Source: Rhodoferax sp. UBA5149
Lineage (GTDB): Bacteria > Pseudomonadota > Gammaproteobacteria > Burkholderiales > Burkholderiaceae_C
Assembly: GCF_002413825.1 (NCBI RefSeq)
Contig: NZ_DHXT01000043.1
Location: 1-46,550 of the forward strand
DNA length: 46,550 bases
Direction: 5' to 3'
Shown here: positions 37,956-46,550 of the stretch, piece by piece
How the letters are laid out: each line of letters opens with the position of its first letter
Numbering within the stretch: the first letter of the stretch is position 1
The notes under the pieces: generated by a model
The model's input: the letters and a program-made list of their open reading frames with translations, nothing else
Database searches by the model: none
Told to the model about the DNA's origin: nothing
Translations under genes and position numbers: made by a program

Positions 37956-38684
37956 ATGAGCGAAATTGAAAAAAAAATAGATGCGGGGTTTGACGAGGTG
38001 ACCGTGCCCACTACGGCTTTGCCTCCTATTGCGTCTCCGTCCCGGCGTCGACTCATCAAGTTGGGGACAGCGGCTGTTCCTATTGTGGCCACGCTGGCTA
38101 GTCGACCAGCTCTCGCTTGGCATTGCCAAAGTCCGTCGGCTTGGGGATCCGAACAGATCAATCCCAATACCAGTCTGAAGCATGGTGTCGCGCATAAGTC
38201 GTATATCGATGAAACATGGACGATAAATAATTGGAAAACGAACACACCACGAACTTCTGTTGATCTTGCGACTGGTGTTGATGCTGGAGCGCCTTGGAAC
38301 GAACTGTGCGTTGCGTGCCCCACGCTGTTGACTATCCCTGCGTGCAATTCAAAGCATAGAAACAAGAGTGTTTTTGACTACACAAAGGTGACAGTGGGGC
38401 ATCTTGTGACTTGTGGCTTTATTAATCCTGGATTTTCCACTACCTTGCTTGTGAAAGATGTGCCAACCGGCACCTATGGCACGCAGCCCAAGACTTACGC
38501 CCTTATTGGCCAGTTGAACTATGCTGTACTGAAGAAAGCCAGGTTCAAAAATGACATCGATAGTTGTCTTAGAGACGGTCAATTGGAATCAATGATCGCA
38601 GGGACCTTCGATGGGGGTGACGGGAAGTGGACTCTAACGAAGGTAAGTGAGTATCTTTTCAATAACTGGGTTGTGACCCCTTAG
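37956..38684 (+). CDS. Hypothetical protein with Tat-like leader, 6 Cys, Thr/Ser-rich
   Basis: GAGG RBS; SRRRLIKLG...PIVATLASRPALA-WHCQSPSAWGS. Confidence 0.75.
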   Translation: MSEIEKKIDAGFDEVTVPTTALPPIASPSRRRLIKLGTAAVPIVATLASRPALAWHCQSPSAWGSEQINPNTSLKHGVAHKSYIDETWTINNWKTNTPRTSVDLATGVDAGAPWNELCVACPTLLTIPACNSKHRNKSVFDYTKVTVGHLVTCGFINPGFSTTLLVKDVPTGTYGTQPKTYALIGQLNYAVLKKARFKNDIDSCLRDGQLESMIAGTFDGGDGKWTLTKVSEYLFNNWVVTP

Positions 38685-38722
38685 CGGAGCTTGGTGGTGA
38701 GAATCAAACATTACTGGGTGTT

Positions 38723-39025
38723 GTGGAAAAAGGCCAATTGAATTTCTGGTCTTCTTTGTCCAATGGGGTGTTGCAGTTCTGTGGTTGGGATGATGATGAA
38801 TTGTCGGTGGTATACAACATTGTCACAGGAGATACGCACCTGATTAGTTCAATCGACGTTGAATTGTTACAACGACTCTCAAAATCATCGTGTACGACGG
38901 GGGCGCTGGCGGGAGAGCTTGCCGGGTTGTTTTCGGAAGCGGAACATGCAGTGGTCGTGGAGTTCCTTGATGCCACTTTGCTTCGGTTGCAAACGGTTGG
39001 CCTCGTTACTGTCTCTCCACATTGA
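38723..39025 (+). CDS. HPr-rel-A system PqqD-family (RRE-like) protein (TIGR04353-like)
   Basis: 100 aa; WDDDELSVVYNIVTGDTHLIS beta hairpins followed by helices ending LQTVGLV; directly upstream of the kinase. Confidence 0.8.
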   Translation: MEKGQLNFWSSLSNGVLQFCGWDDDELSVVYNIVTGDTHLISSIDVELLQRLSKSSCTTGALAGELAGLFSEAEHAVVVEFLDATLLRLQTVGLVTVSPH

Positions 39026-39936
39026 AAATAGCTGAATTCACCACGTCGCAACTCGCCAGTTCGCTTCGTCGAAGCGAACTCCTGTTAACTGTGGGCCCCT
39101 TTGTCGCACGAATTAAGAGCAATGTGACGTCTCTTGCCACCGACATCGCACTGATGTATGCAGATTTTGACGTTTGTTCAGTTGACGCGTTTGCCGATTT
39201 CCACATAGAGGTTGCCCGTGAAACCGGCTTGCGACGCTGGATCAAACCCCAAGTTCGGTTTTTCTTTGATGGCCAACCTTCCTTCATTCCCTTGCCTGCT
39301 GCCCAGGCATTTGCCATGCTGGAGTGGGGGCTCAACTGGTGTGTGGCTGCCCATTGCCACCAGTATTTGATCATTCACGCGGCAGTGATCGAAAAAGAAG
39401 GGAAGGCTGCGTTACTACCCGCCCCACCCGGGTCCGGGAAAAGTACTTTGTGCACTGGCTTGGTCATGCGGGGATGGCGTCTGCTTTCGGACGAATTGGC
39501 TCTTTATGACATGGAGGGTGGCATGATCTATGGCATGTCTCGGCCGATCAATTTGAAAAATAAATCAATTGACGTCATTAAACAATTTGCACCATCTGCC
39601 GTGATGACGGCCTCAGTGCCCGATACCACCAAAGGCACGGTGGCTTTGTTGCGTCCGCCATTGAACAGCGTCTTGCGTGCTAACGAACCGGTGCGGCCTT
39701 CATGGATTATTTTGCCCAAGTATTCACCTGATGCGCGCCCTGATCTGGCGCCGTATAGCCGCGCGCGCACATGTATGCTGATTGCTGAGCAGTCTTTCAA
39801 CTACGACGTCCAGGGCGTGCGCGGCTTCGAGGCGATTGGGAAATTGGTAGACCAAAGTCAGTGTTACCAGTTGACTTATAGCCAGCTTGACGATGCCCAA
39901 CGAATTTTTGAAGAACTACTGGCGGGAGGGGGATGA
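39022..39936 (+). CDS. HprK-related kinase A (TIGR04352-like)
   Basis: LEWGLNW, IIHAAVIE, Walker A APPGSGKST, LLSDE, RPINLKN, TTKGTV. Confidence 0.9.
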   Translation: MKIAEFTTSQLASSLRRSELLLTVGPFVARIKSNVTSLATDIALMYADFDVCSVDAFADFHIEVARETGLRRWIKPQVRFFFDGQPSFIPLPAAQAFAMLEWGLNWCVAAHCHQYLIIHAAVIEKEGKAALLPAPPGSGKSTLCTGLVMRGWRLLSDELALYDMEGGMIYGMSRPINLKNKSIDVIKQFAPSAVMTASVPDTTKGTVALLRPPLNSVLRANEPVRPSWIILPKYSPDARPDLAPYSRARTCMLIAEQSFNYDVQGVRGFEAIGKLVDQSQCYQLTYSQLDDAQRIFEELLAGGG

Positions 39937-41051
39937 CTCCAAAATGTGATTCGATTGTCATGGCTCTGCTGAGTCCGCAATCACTGTGTCACTTGTCTGC
40001 GCTGGAATGGGACTTGCTGATTCGTCAGGGACGACGTGCAAATTTGTTGGCGCGTCTGGCGCACAAATTGACTCAAAACGGCTTGATAGATGCTATTCCC
40101 CTGGCTCCTCGCCACCACCTGACCTCTGCACTGAAAATGGCGCAACGACAGGAAACCGCCTTGCGCTGGGAGGTTGAGTGTATTGGCCAAGCCTTGACGG
40201 ATGCCGAGGTAAAGGTCGTTCTGCTCAAGGGCGCTGCGTATGTCATGGCCGATCTTGCCGCTGCGCATGGGCGGACTTTTTCGGATGTTGACATCATCGT
40301 ACCTAAGAAAAGACTGGGTCGCTGCGAAAGCGAGTTGATGATTCATGGCTGGCAGGGTTCACATCACGATGACTATGACCAGCGTTACTACCGTCGCTGG
40401 ATGCACGAAATACCTCCGATGCGTCACGTCAAGCGGGGAACGACCATTGATGTGCACCACACCATCCTGCCTGAGACCGCGCGCGTCAAAGTAAATACAA
40501 CGGCCTTGTTGACGGGCGTGGTTGCATTGCCGGGCCATACCAATTTGTATGTCCTGCAGCCCACAGACATGCTGCTACACAGCGCAACTCACCTTTTCCA
40601 TGAGGGAGACTTTGAGAAAGGACTTCGTGACCTGTTTGACCTGGACAGCCTGCTCAGGCAATTCGGTGACATGCACGGCTTTTGGGAGCAGCTCGTGCCG
40701 CGGGCGGCGGTGCTGGGATTGACACGACCACTGTATTACGCGTTGAGGTATACCACCTTGATGCTGGATACCCCCGTCCCCAGTCATGTGCTGGAACTGG
40801 CCCGAATTGGAAAACCGCCGCCGTTGGTAGGCCAGTTGATGGATGCCTGCTATTTGCGGGCTCTGCGACCAGTGCATGCAAGCACCAGCTCGCTGGGGAC
40901 CTGGCCCGCACGTTTCGCGTTGTATGTCCGATCACATTGGATCCGCATGCCATTCTTTTTGCTGGCCTACCATTTGGGGCGAAAGGCATTTATTCGACCA
41001 GAATCACACGATTTGGAAAAATCGATTGCTGACGTTGATTTGAAAGCCTGA
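39933..41051 (+). CDS. Nucleotidyltransferase family protein (NTP_transf_5-like)
   Basis: LLKGAAY...RTFSDVDI, YYRRWMHEIPP, IDVHH, RSHWIRMP; ATGA overlap. Confidence 0.88.
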   Translation: MTPKCDSIVMALLSPQSLCHLSALEWDLLIRQGRRANLLARLAHKLTQNGLIDAIPLAPRHHLTSALKMAQRQETALRWEVECIGQALTDAEVKVVLLKGAAYVMADLAAAHGRTFSDVDIIVPKKRLGRCESELMIHGWQGSHHDDYDQRYYRRWMHEIPPMRHVKRGTTIDVHHTILPETARVKVNTTALLTGVVALPGHTNLYVLQPTDMLLHSATHLFHEGDFEKGLRDLFDLDSLLRQFGDMHGFWEQLVPRAAVLGLTRPLYYALRYTTLMLDTPVPSHVLELARIGKPPPLVGQLMDACYLRALRPVHASTSSLGTWPARFALYVRSHWIRMPFFLLAYHLGRKAFIRPESHDLEKSIADVDLKA

Positions 41052-41129
41052 TGGCATGCGTGCACAACGTGTGTCGTCGTGGGTAGGGCAACTCGTGTCC
41101 CTTGACTCGATTGCATGGAGGGTGAAAAG

Positions 41130-41900
41130 ATGAAATCCAGGCTGCTATTCATTGTTGTCGTGAATCTCTTTTTTGTCGGCCCGCTCAAGGCCGACATGTC
41201 CAGCACGATTGCCAAAGTCAAACCGTCGGTGGTCATAGTTGGCACTTACAAGAGCACAAACAGTCCGCGATTTACTTTGCGGGGCACGGGTTTCATTGTG
41301 GGCAACGGCAACCTGGTTATCACCAATGCCCATGTCCTTCCGCAACCCACAGAAGAGGGCGCCCAAGCCGCTTTGGTGATCCAGATCAGGGTTGGCAAAA
41401 ATGAACTTGAAATGCGACCAACGACGGTGCTCGAAGTGGACCCGATTCATGATCTGGTCCTGCTGCGTTTTGATGGGCCTGCAGCACCTGCGCTCAGCGT
41501 GCGTGATTCGGGCTCGGTTCAAGAAGGGCAAGCCATTGCCTTCATGGGGTTTCCGATTGGGGGGGCACTTGGTTTTTCCCCCGTGACGCACCGGGGTATG
41601 GTTTCTTCCATTACAGCGGCTGCGCTGCCCACCCCTTCCGCACAGCAACTCAATGAAAAAACAATACGCAGCCTGCGGGGCGGGGGCAGTTTCGATATCT
41701 TTCAGCTGGATGGCACGGCCTATCCCGGAAACAGTGGCGGTCCTTTGTTTGATCCGGACACGGGCGAGGTGCTTGGCGTTGTCAACATGGTTTTCATCAA
41801 AGGAACCCGGGAATCGGCGTTGACTCACCCGTCGGGGATCAGCTATGCCGTTCCATCCGTATTCATTCTGCAATTGTTGCAACGGGACAAGGCCAACTGA
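41130..41900 (+). CDS. Secreted trypsin-like (S1) serine protease
   Basis: Signal peptide; catalytic triad TNAHV / HDLVLL / GNSGGP; no PDZ domain. Confidence 0.9.
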   Translation: MKSRLLFIVVVNLFFVGPLKADMSSTIAKVKPSVVIVGTYKSTNSPRFTLRGTGFIVGNGNLVITNAHVLPQPTEEGAQAALVIQIRVGKNELEMRPTTVLEVDPIHDLVLLRFDGPAAPALSVRDSGSVQEGQAIAFMGFPIGGALGFSPVTHRGMVSSITAAALPTPSAQQLNEKTIRSLRGGGSFDIFQLDGTAYPGNSGGPLFDPDTGEVLGVVNMVFIKGTRESALTHPSGISYAVPSVFILQLLQRDKAN

Positions 41901-41923
41901 CCCGAATTGAATGATTGAAACCT

Positions 41924-43237
41924 TCAATCCGTCAGAAATCGCGTGGCATTGTCCAGGTCTTCATGGGTGGTCCCCGACTTGAGCACGCTGACAAGTTTTC
42001 GCCAGGATAAATCAGATTCAACCAGCTTGAAACCGTAAAACCCGTGAGAGCCCTTGTGATTGCCACGTACGACCATGGCCTTCACGATCGATTTCTCCTC
42101 ACTCCCGAGTCGAATACTGGCTTCACCCCAAACGTTGGTGGGTAAGGGTGCTTTGGAATGCGCCAGAAAGCCATCGTCGGAAAACTCGACCACCCGCAGT
42201 GCATAGACCTCCGTCTTTTCAGGACTGATGACCGAGAAACTGCCCGGGCATTTGAGTGAATAGCGTTGATGCCTGCGCTGACGGATGCGGAAGTTGGACT
42301 CGGAAAAAATAACCGGCAGCACCTCTTTGTACTCGGGGAGGTTGTAGATGGAATGCAGCAGCCCCTTCTCTCTTTCATTTAAATTTTGAAAAGTATGGGT
42401 GCATTGGTTGAAAAAATAGTCGAGCAGATCCGGCGTCATCACCGGATCATTGGTTGTGAAGTAACGCCGACTTGGCATCACAATGTTGCGCAGCCTGGTC
42501 CGCAAAAAATACAGATAGAGATTCTTTCGCCTCGGCTTCTTCCCATAAACCCGTTTGAAGATTTCAGGGGCGACGTGCAGGTCAACGGAGGCCCCTACCG
42601 CCGGTGCGCCATTGGCGAAATCGTAGTTTTCAACTTCGTTTTCCGCCAATCTCTCAAAGAACAAAAGAGACTCGTACATTTCAATCCGGTTGGGATTGAC
42701 GGCGATCACAAGATGCCGGGTATCGAAGAACGTGGTGCAGTATTCATACATGAATTTCATCAGCGGAAACAGGATCGTCCCTCCGGTGTTCCTGAATTTT
42801 GGATGCACGGCAAGCGCAGACACCTCCGCAACCCGGCCTTTTTTCTCGCGAACTTCGTGCAAGTCAAAAATGGACTGCAAGGGAAAACCGAACACACTTT
42901 CGCGAATCAGCGAGATGGTCCCCACCACCTCGTCATCGTATTTGGCGCAGAGTGTGGTCGTGGTAGGCAGAGCGTGGTAAATGGTGACGCGCATGCCTGA
43001 CGGGTCGGGCCGCATGAAGCCGCTGCCAACGTAGGCATCATGCAGGAGCTTGAAACACGCTTGCAACTCTTCCCTCGTCTCCGCGATCTTGAGGACCAGG
43101 CGTTTGTCGGGTCGGGGGTCACAATCAACAAAAGACCGGTACACCGCAAATCGCAGGCTTCGCGGGAAGAAAGAAAATGCTTTCCGAAGTGTTTGATGCA
43201 AGAATCTTCTGGCGTCTGATGCACGTGGATTTTTCAT
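41924..43237 (-). CDS. FeeM-like N-acyl amino acid synthase (GNAT) fused to a C-terminal PilZ-like domain
   Basis: LLHDAYVGSG, VVGTISL, AEVSALA, LVIAVNP..YESLLFF, NGAPAV; then RRHQR and EFSDDG followed by a beta-barrel-like segment. Confidence 0.72.
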   Translation of the reverse strand: MKNPRASDARRFLHQTLRKAFSFFPRSLRFAVYRSFVDCDPRPDKRLVLKIAETREELQACFKLLHDAYVGSGFMRPDPSGMRVTIYHALPTTTTLCAKYDDEVVGTISLIRESVFGFPLQSIFDLHEVREKKGRVAEVSALAVHPKFRNTGGTILFPLMKFMYEYCTTFFDTRHLVIAVNPNRIEMYESLLFFERLAENEVENYDFANGAPAVGASVDLHVAPEIFKRVYGKKPRRKNLYLYFLRTRLRNIVMPSRRYFTTNDPVMTPDLLDYFFNQCTHTFQNLNEREKGLLHSIYNLPEYKEVLPVIFSESNFRIRQRRHQRYSLKCPGSFSVISPEKTEVYALRVVEFSDDGFLAHSKAPLPTNVWGEASIRLGSEEKSIVKAMVVRGNHKGSHGFYGFKLVESDLSWRKLVSVLKSGTTHEDLDNATRFLTD

Positions 43238-43352
43238 TCAACTTTTTGCAGCGTTACCGCTTTGCTCGTAGAGTCAAGAAATGGGTGGCATTCTTCGGTT
43301 CATCTTCTGTTGTCCTTCATTGCATTGCATTGACGAATGACAAGTTGGACAG

Positions 43353-44831
43353 CTAACGCCCGTACACATCTTCAAACCGGACGATATCGTCTTCGCCCAA
43401 ATAGGCGCCTGATTGCACCTCAATCATCTCCAGCGCCACGCGGCCGGGGTTTTCCAGGCGGTGCGTGGTGCCCAGTGGAATAAAGGTGGATTCGTTCTCT
43501 GACAAGAGGAAGGTGCTGTCGCCCCGCGTCACTTTGGCCGTGCCGCTGACCACAATCCAGTGTTCGGCGCGGTGGTGGTGCATTTGCAGCGACAGCGTGC
43601 CGCCGGGTTTGACCACAATGCGTTTGACCTGAAAACGGGCGCCCGTGTCCACACTGTCGTACCAGCCCCAGGGGCGAAACACTTTGCGATGATTTTGCCC
43701 CTCGGTTCGTCCGGCCTGTTTGAGCTGGTCGACAATTTTCTTGACGTCTTGGGTCTTGTCCTTGTGAGCCACCAGAATGGCATCCGCAGTTTCCACCACG
43801 ACCAGGTCGCTCACGCCCACGCAGGCGATGAGCCGGCCTTCTGACAGGGCCAGCGTGTCATGACAGTCCTGCAGCAGCACATCGCCTTGGGCGACGTTGC
43901 CCGACTCGTCTTTGGGCAGCACCTGCCACAAGGCGTCCCAGGCGCCCACGTCCGACCAGCCCGCGGCGAGCGGAATGACCACTCCCGGCGGCAGTGAACC
44001 CGCCCTGGTGCCGGACTCAGCGCCACTGGCGGCAATGCGTTCCATCACGGCGTAATCGATCGAGTCAGGCGGGCAACCGGCAAATGCTTCTTTGCCAACC
44101 CGAACAAACTCACCGTCGGTTGAGCCCTGATCCCAGGCGCTCTGGCAGGCCGCCAAAATGTCCGGTCGGCAGACCCCGACGGCGGCCAGCCAGACCGAGG
44201 CGCGCATCATGAACAGGCCGCTGTTCCACAAGTATGAGCCCGCATCCAGATAAACCTGTGCCGTTTGCCGGTCTGGTTTTTCAACAAAGCGGGCGATCAG
44301 CTTGGCCGGAGAGGGTTTTTTTTCGTCGGGCGCCCCGGTGTAAGTCGCACCCGACTGGATGTAGCCGTAGCCGGTCTCCGGCGCATCGGGTGTGATGCCG
44401 AAGGTAACGATAGCGCCGCCTGCGGCCAGCAAGGCACCCTGACTGACAACGCTCTGGAACGCCGCGGTGTCGAGGATGACGTGATCCGCCGGCATCACCA
44501 GCAATACCGGGTCTGCTCCTATTTTAATAGCTGACAATGAAGCAATCGTGAGGGCTGGCGCCGTATTTCTACCTACGGGTTCGAGCACGATGGTGCCGGG
44601 CTTGCCCATCAGGCGCAGTTGCTCGGCGATGACAAAGCGATATTCCTCGTTGCACACCACCATCGGGGGCGCCAGCTCGGCGCCTGCGATGCCGTCTACC
44701 CGGCGCACCGTGGCCTGCAGTAGGGAGTCTTCGCCAATCAGCGGCAGCAGTTGCTTGGGGTATTTCTCGCGTGACAGAGGCCACAGACGGGTGCCGGAGC
44801 CGCCAGACAGAACAACGGGTTGAATCAACAT
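43353..44831 (-). CDS. manC: Mannose-1-phosphate guanylyltransferase / mannose-6-phosphate isomerase
   Basis: LSGGSGTRLWPLSR..PKQ, RNTAPA, FVEKP, WSDVGAW, RPWG, HHHRAEHW cupin. Confidence 0.97.
   Translation of the reverse strand: MLIQPVVLSGGSGTRLWPLSREKYPKQLLPLIGEDSLLQATVRRVDGIAGAELAPPMVVCNEEYRFVIAEQLRLMGKPGTIVLEPVGRNTAPALTIASLSAIKIGADPVLLVMPADHVILDTAAFQSVVSQGALLAAGGAIVTFGITPDAPETGYGYIQSGATYTGAPDEKKPSPAKLIARFVEKPDRQTAQVYLDAGSYLWNSGLFMMRASVWLAAVGVCRPDILAACQSAWDQGSTDGEFVRVGKEAFAGCPPDSIDYAVMERIAASGAESGTRAGSLPPGVVIPLAAGWSDVGAWDALWQVLPKDESGNVAQGDVLLQDCHDTLALSEGRLIACVGVSDLVVVETADAILVAHKDKTQDVKKIVDQLKQAGRTEGQNHRKVFRPWGWYDSVDTGARFQVKRIVVKPGGTLSLQMHHHRAEHWIVVSGTAKVTRGDSTFLLSENESTFIPLGTTHRLENPGRVALEMIEVQSGAYLGEDDIVRFEDVYGR
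44514..44574 (+). repeat. ~61-bp dispersed element, copy C (inside manC, antisense)
   Basis: TGCTCC-TATTTTA-ATAGC-N15-CGTGAGGGCT-GGCGCCGTATTT; AT-rich patch in a GC-rich gene; more diverged than A and B. Confidence 0.55.
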
Positions 44832-44880
44832 GGGGAAATCAATCTCAAAGCGGATTGGTGGGTCAAATGGGTGCGCGCTT

Positions 44881-45984
44881 TCAGGCTCTGGCATCGCCCC
44901 AGCGCAGCTGGGCGGTATCGTCGCCGCGGTACAGGGTCTCGCCGTGGCGGTCAACACAGTAATCGGGCGAGACAATCATCTCGCTGAACCGCATGTCGGC
45001 GGCGATGCGGGTGTACTCAAACAAAATGCTGCGGACCACCTTGGCCCCCGTGCGAATGTGGCTGCCATGACCGATCCAGGCTGGGCCCGTGATGGTGGCG
45101 CCGGGCTCGATGCGCACGCTGGAGCCGATATACACCGGCCCTTCAATCTTGACTTCATCCCAGGGAACGGAGGTATTGAGACCGACCCAGATACCCGGCT
45201 TGATCTGGCGCCCGGGCATGTTCATCTGGGCCACTTCGCCACTTAGCACGCGCTGCAAGACCGACCAATAGTCGCTGACCCGGCCGATATCGATCCAGTT
45301 GAAGGGGCGGTTCTGGGCAAAGAACGGCAGGTTTTGCTCGACCAGCTGGGGGAACAGCTGCGAGCCGATGTCATAGACCTTGCCCGACGGCACCAATGCC
45401 AGCACCTCGGGCTCGAAAATATAGATGCCGGTGCTGGCCAACGTGGATTTAGCCTCTTCGGGCTTGGGTTTTTCCTGAAATGACTGAATGCGCCCGTCAG
45501 GTGCCGCCACCACAATGCCGTAGGCTTGGACATCTTTCAGCGGCACGTCAAGCGCCACCACACTGGCGATGGCACCCTTGGCCTTGTGCTCCGCCACGGC
45601 CGCCGTGATGTCCAGATCAATCAGGGCATCGCCGCACAGCACCAGGGTGGTCTCATCAAAGAAGCCGCTGAAGTCCTGGATGCGCCGCATACCGCCGGCC
45701 GAGCCCATGGGGCGGGGCAAGATGTCGCCATGGTCGCGAACACCTTCGTAGGAATAACCGATCTGCACACCCCAACGTCTGCCATCGCCAAAGTACTCTT
45801 CAATTTTCTGATGATGCCAGGCGACGTTGACCATGACCTCGGTGATGCCGTGGCGCGCGAGGTGCTCAATCAGGTACTCCATCACCGGTTTTCCCAAAAT
45901 CGGCACCATCGGCTTGGGCAAGTCGCGCGTTAGCGGCCGCACGCGGGTGCCTTGCCCGGCCGCCAGAATCATGCCCTTAGCCAT
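44881..45984 (-). CDS. NDP-sugar synthase (sugar-1-phosphate nucleotidyltransferase with left-handed beta-helix tail)
   Basis: MILAAGQGTRVRPLT..PKPM, FQEKP, WIDIG, hexapeptide-like C-terminus. Confidence 0.9.
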   Translation of the reverse strand: MAKGMILAAGQGTRVRPLTRDLPKPMVPILGKPVMEYLIEHLARHGITEVMVNVAWHHQKIEEYFGDGRRWGVQIGYSYEGVRDHGDILPRPMGSAGGMRRIQDFSGFFDETTLVLCGDALIDLDITAAVAEHKAKGAIASVVALDVPLKDVQAYGIVVAAPDGRIQSFQEKPKPEEAKSTLASTGIYIFEPEVLALVPSGKVYDIGSQLFPQLVEQNLPFFAQNRPFNWIDIGRVSDYWSVLQRVLSGEVAQMNMPGRQIKPGIWVGLNTSVPWDEVKIEGPVYIGSSVRIEPGATITGPAWIGHGSHIRTGAKVVRSILFEYTRIAADMRFSEMIVSPDYCVDRHGETLYRGDDTAQLRWGDARA

Positions 45985-46034
45985 GGTTGACCTCGTTTTT
46001 GCTATTCATTTTCCACTCCCTCTGTTGTTGATAG

Positions 46035-46550
46035 TCAAGCCACGGAATAGCCGTTGGGGTTGCCGATTTGCCAGCGCCAGGCGTCCGCGCACATGGCCTC
46101 CAGCCCACGCTCAGCGCGCCAGCCCAGCGTCGCGAACGCATGGGTTGGATCAGCGTAACACGAAGCGATATCGCCGTCCCGGCGTTCCGCTACCTTGTAG
46201 GGCACGGGTTTGCCGCTGGCTTTCTCAAAGGCGCGCACCATGTCCAGCACGCTGTAGCCAACGCCCGTGCCCAGGTTGACGGCCAGGCATTCGGTCTGCT
46301 GTTGCAGCCGCTCCAGTGCCTTGACGTGCCCCAGCGCCAAATCCACCACATGAATGTAGTCGCGCACGCCGGTGCCGTCGGGCGTGGCGTAGTCGTTGCC
46401 CCAGACGTTCAGGAACTCGCGCCGCCCCACGGCCACCTGGGCCACAAACGGCAGCAGGTTGTTGGGCACGCCCTGCGGGTCTTCGCCGATCAGGCCGCTC
46501 GCGTGGGCCCCCACCGGGTTGAAGTAACGCAGGATGCCGATGTGCCAAGT
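46035..46550 (-). CDS. galE: UDP-glucose 4-epimerase, C-terminal part (5' end outside window)
   Basis: [51 protein letters not shown]. Confidence 0.96.
   Translation of the reverse strand, partial: TWHIGILRYFNPVGAHASGLIGEDPQGVPNNLLPFVAQVAVGRREFLNVWGNDYATPDGTGVRDYIHVVDLALGHVKALERLQQQTECLAVNLGTGVGYSVLDMVRAFEKASGKPVPYKVAERRDGDIASCYADPTHAFATLGWRAERGLEAMCADAWRWQIGNPNGYSVA

Noticed and set aside
12429-41051. Lasso peptide cluster (AsnB-like cyclase + PqqD + kinase + NTase)
   Set aside because: No transglutaminase-like B2 peptidase and no precursor with the T-x-G...D/E pattern was found; the AsnB gene is about 25 kb away among EPS genes
41145-41927. 260-aa antisense ORF, and similar shadow ORFs (28500-29408, 5564-6256, 42386-43000)
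   Set aside because: They overlap well-supported genes on the opposite strand and have no motifs; expected in high-GC DNA
41913-41929. GATTGAA-ACC-TTCAATC hairpin between convergent genes
   Set aside because: AT-rich 7-bp stem with no U-tract; too weak to call a terminator
44832-44975. N-terminal extensions in the ORF track (manC 44975; also starts at 99, 2766, 3737, 22508, 27792)
   Set aside because: They overlap upstream genes or promoters; downstream starts fit family N-termini, RBSs or stop/start coupling better
1-46550. CRISPR arrays, tRNA/rRNA genes, transposases/integrases, exosortase xrtA
   Set aside because: None recognisable; xrtA and the Wza/Wzc export genes presumably lie outside the window

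Overview
GC-rich betaproteobacterial DNA (Comamonadaceae/Rhodoferax-like by gene style; inference) carrying most of a PEP-CTERM/exosortase-A-associated exopolysaccharide (EPS) locus. Left part: glycosyltransferases, a CapK-like adenylating enzyme, an O-glycosylation ligase, a deacetylase, a Wzx flippase, an AsnB-like amidoligase and four exported polysaccharide-active or unknown proteins. Middle: the ACP / acyl-CoA ligase / PLP decarboxylase / hydrolase 1+2 cassette, interrupted by a PEP-CTERM gene and a LuxR-type regulator. Right: priming sugar transferase, prsK-prsR-prsT, then an operon of Tat-like protein, PqqD-like protein, HprK-related kinase, nucleotidyltransferase and serine protease, followed by a FeeM-PilZ fusion and manC / NDP-sugar synthase / galE. 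Most notable: (1) the RiPP-machinery-like kinase operon sits behind a box + IHF + sigma54 promoter resembling that of the PEP-CTERM gene; (2) a ~61-bp palindrome-headed DNA element occurs once intergenically and twice in-frame inside enzyme genes; (3) an uncharacterised domain is shared by two adjacent exported proteins; (4) an apparently circularly permuted DNRLRE domain; (5) a putative c-di-GMP-responsive N-acyltransferase. The exosortase gene itself is not in the window. All family names are from motif recognition and recall; no database search was run.
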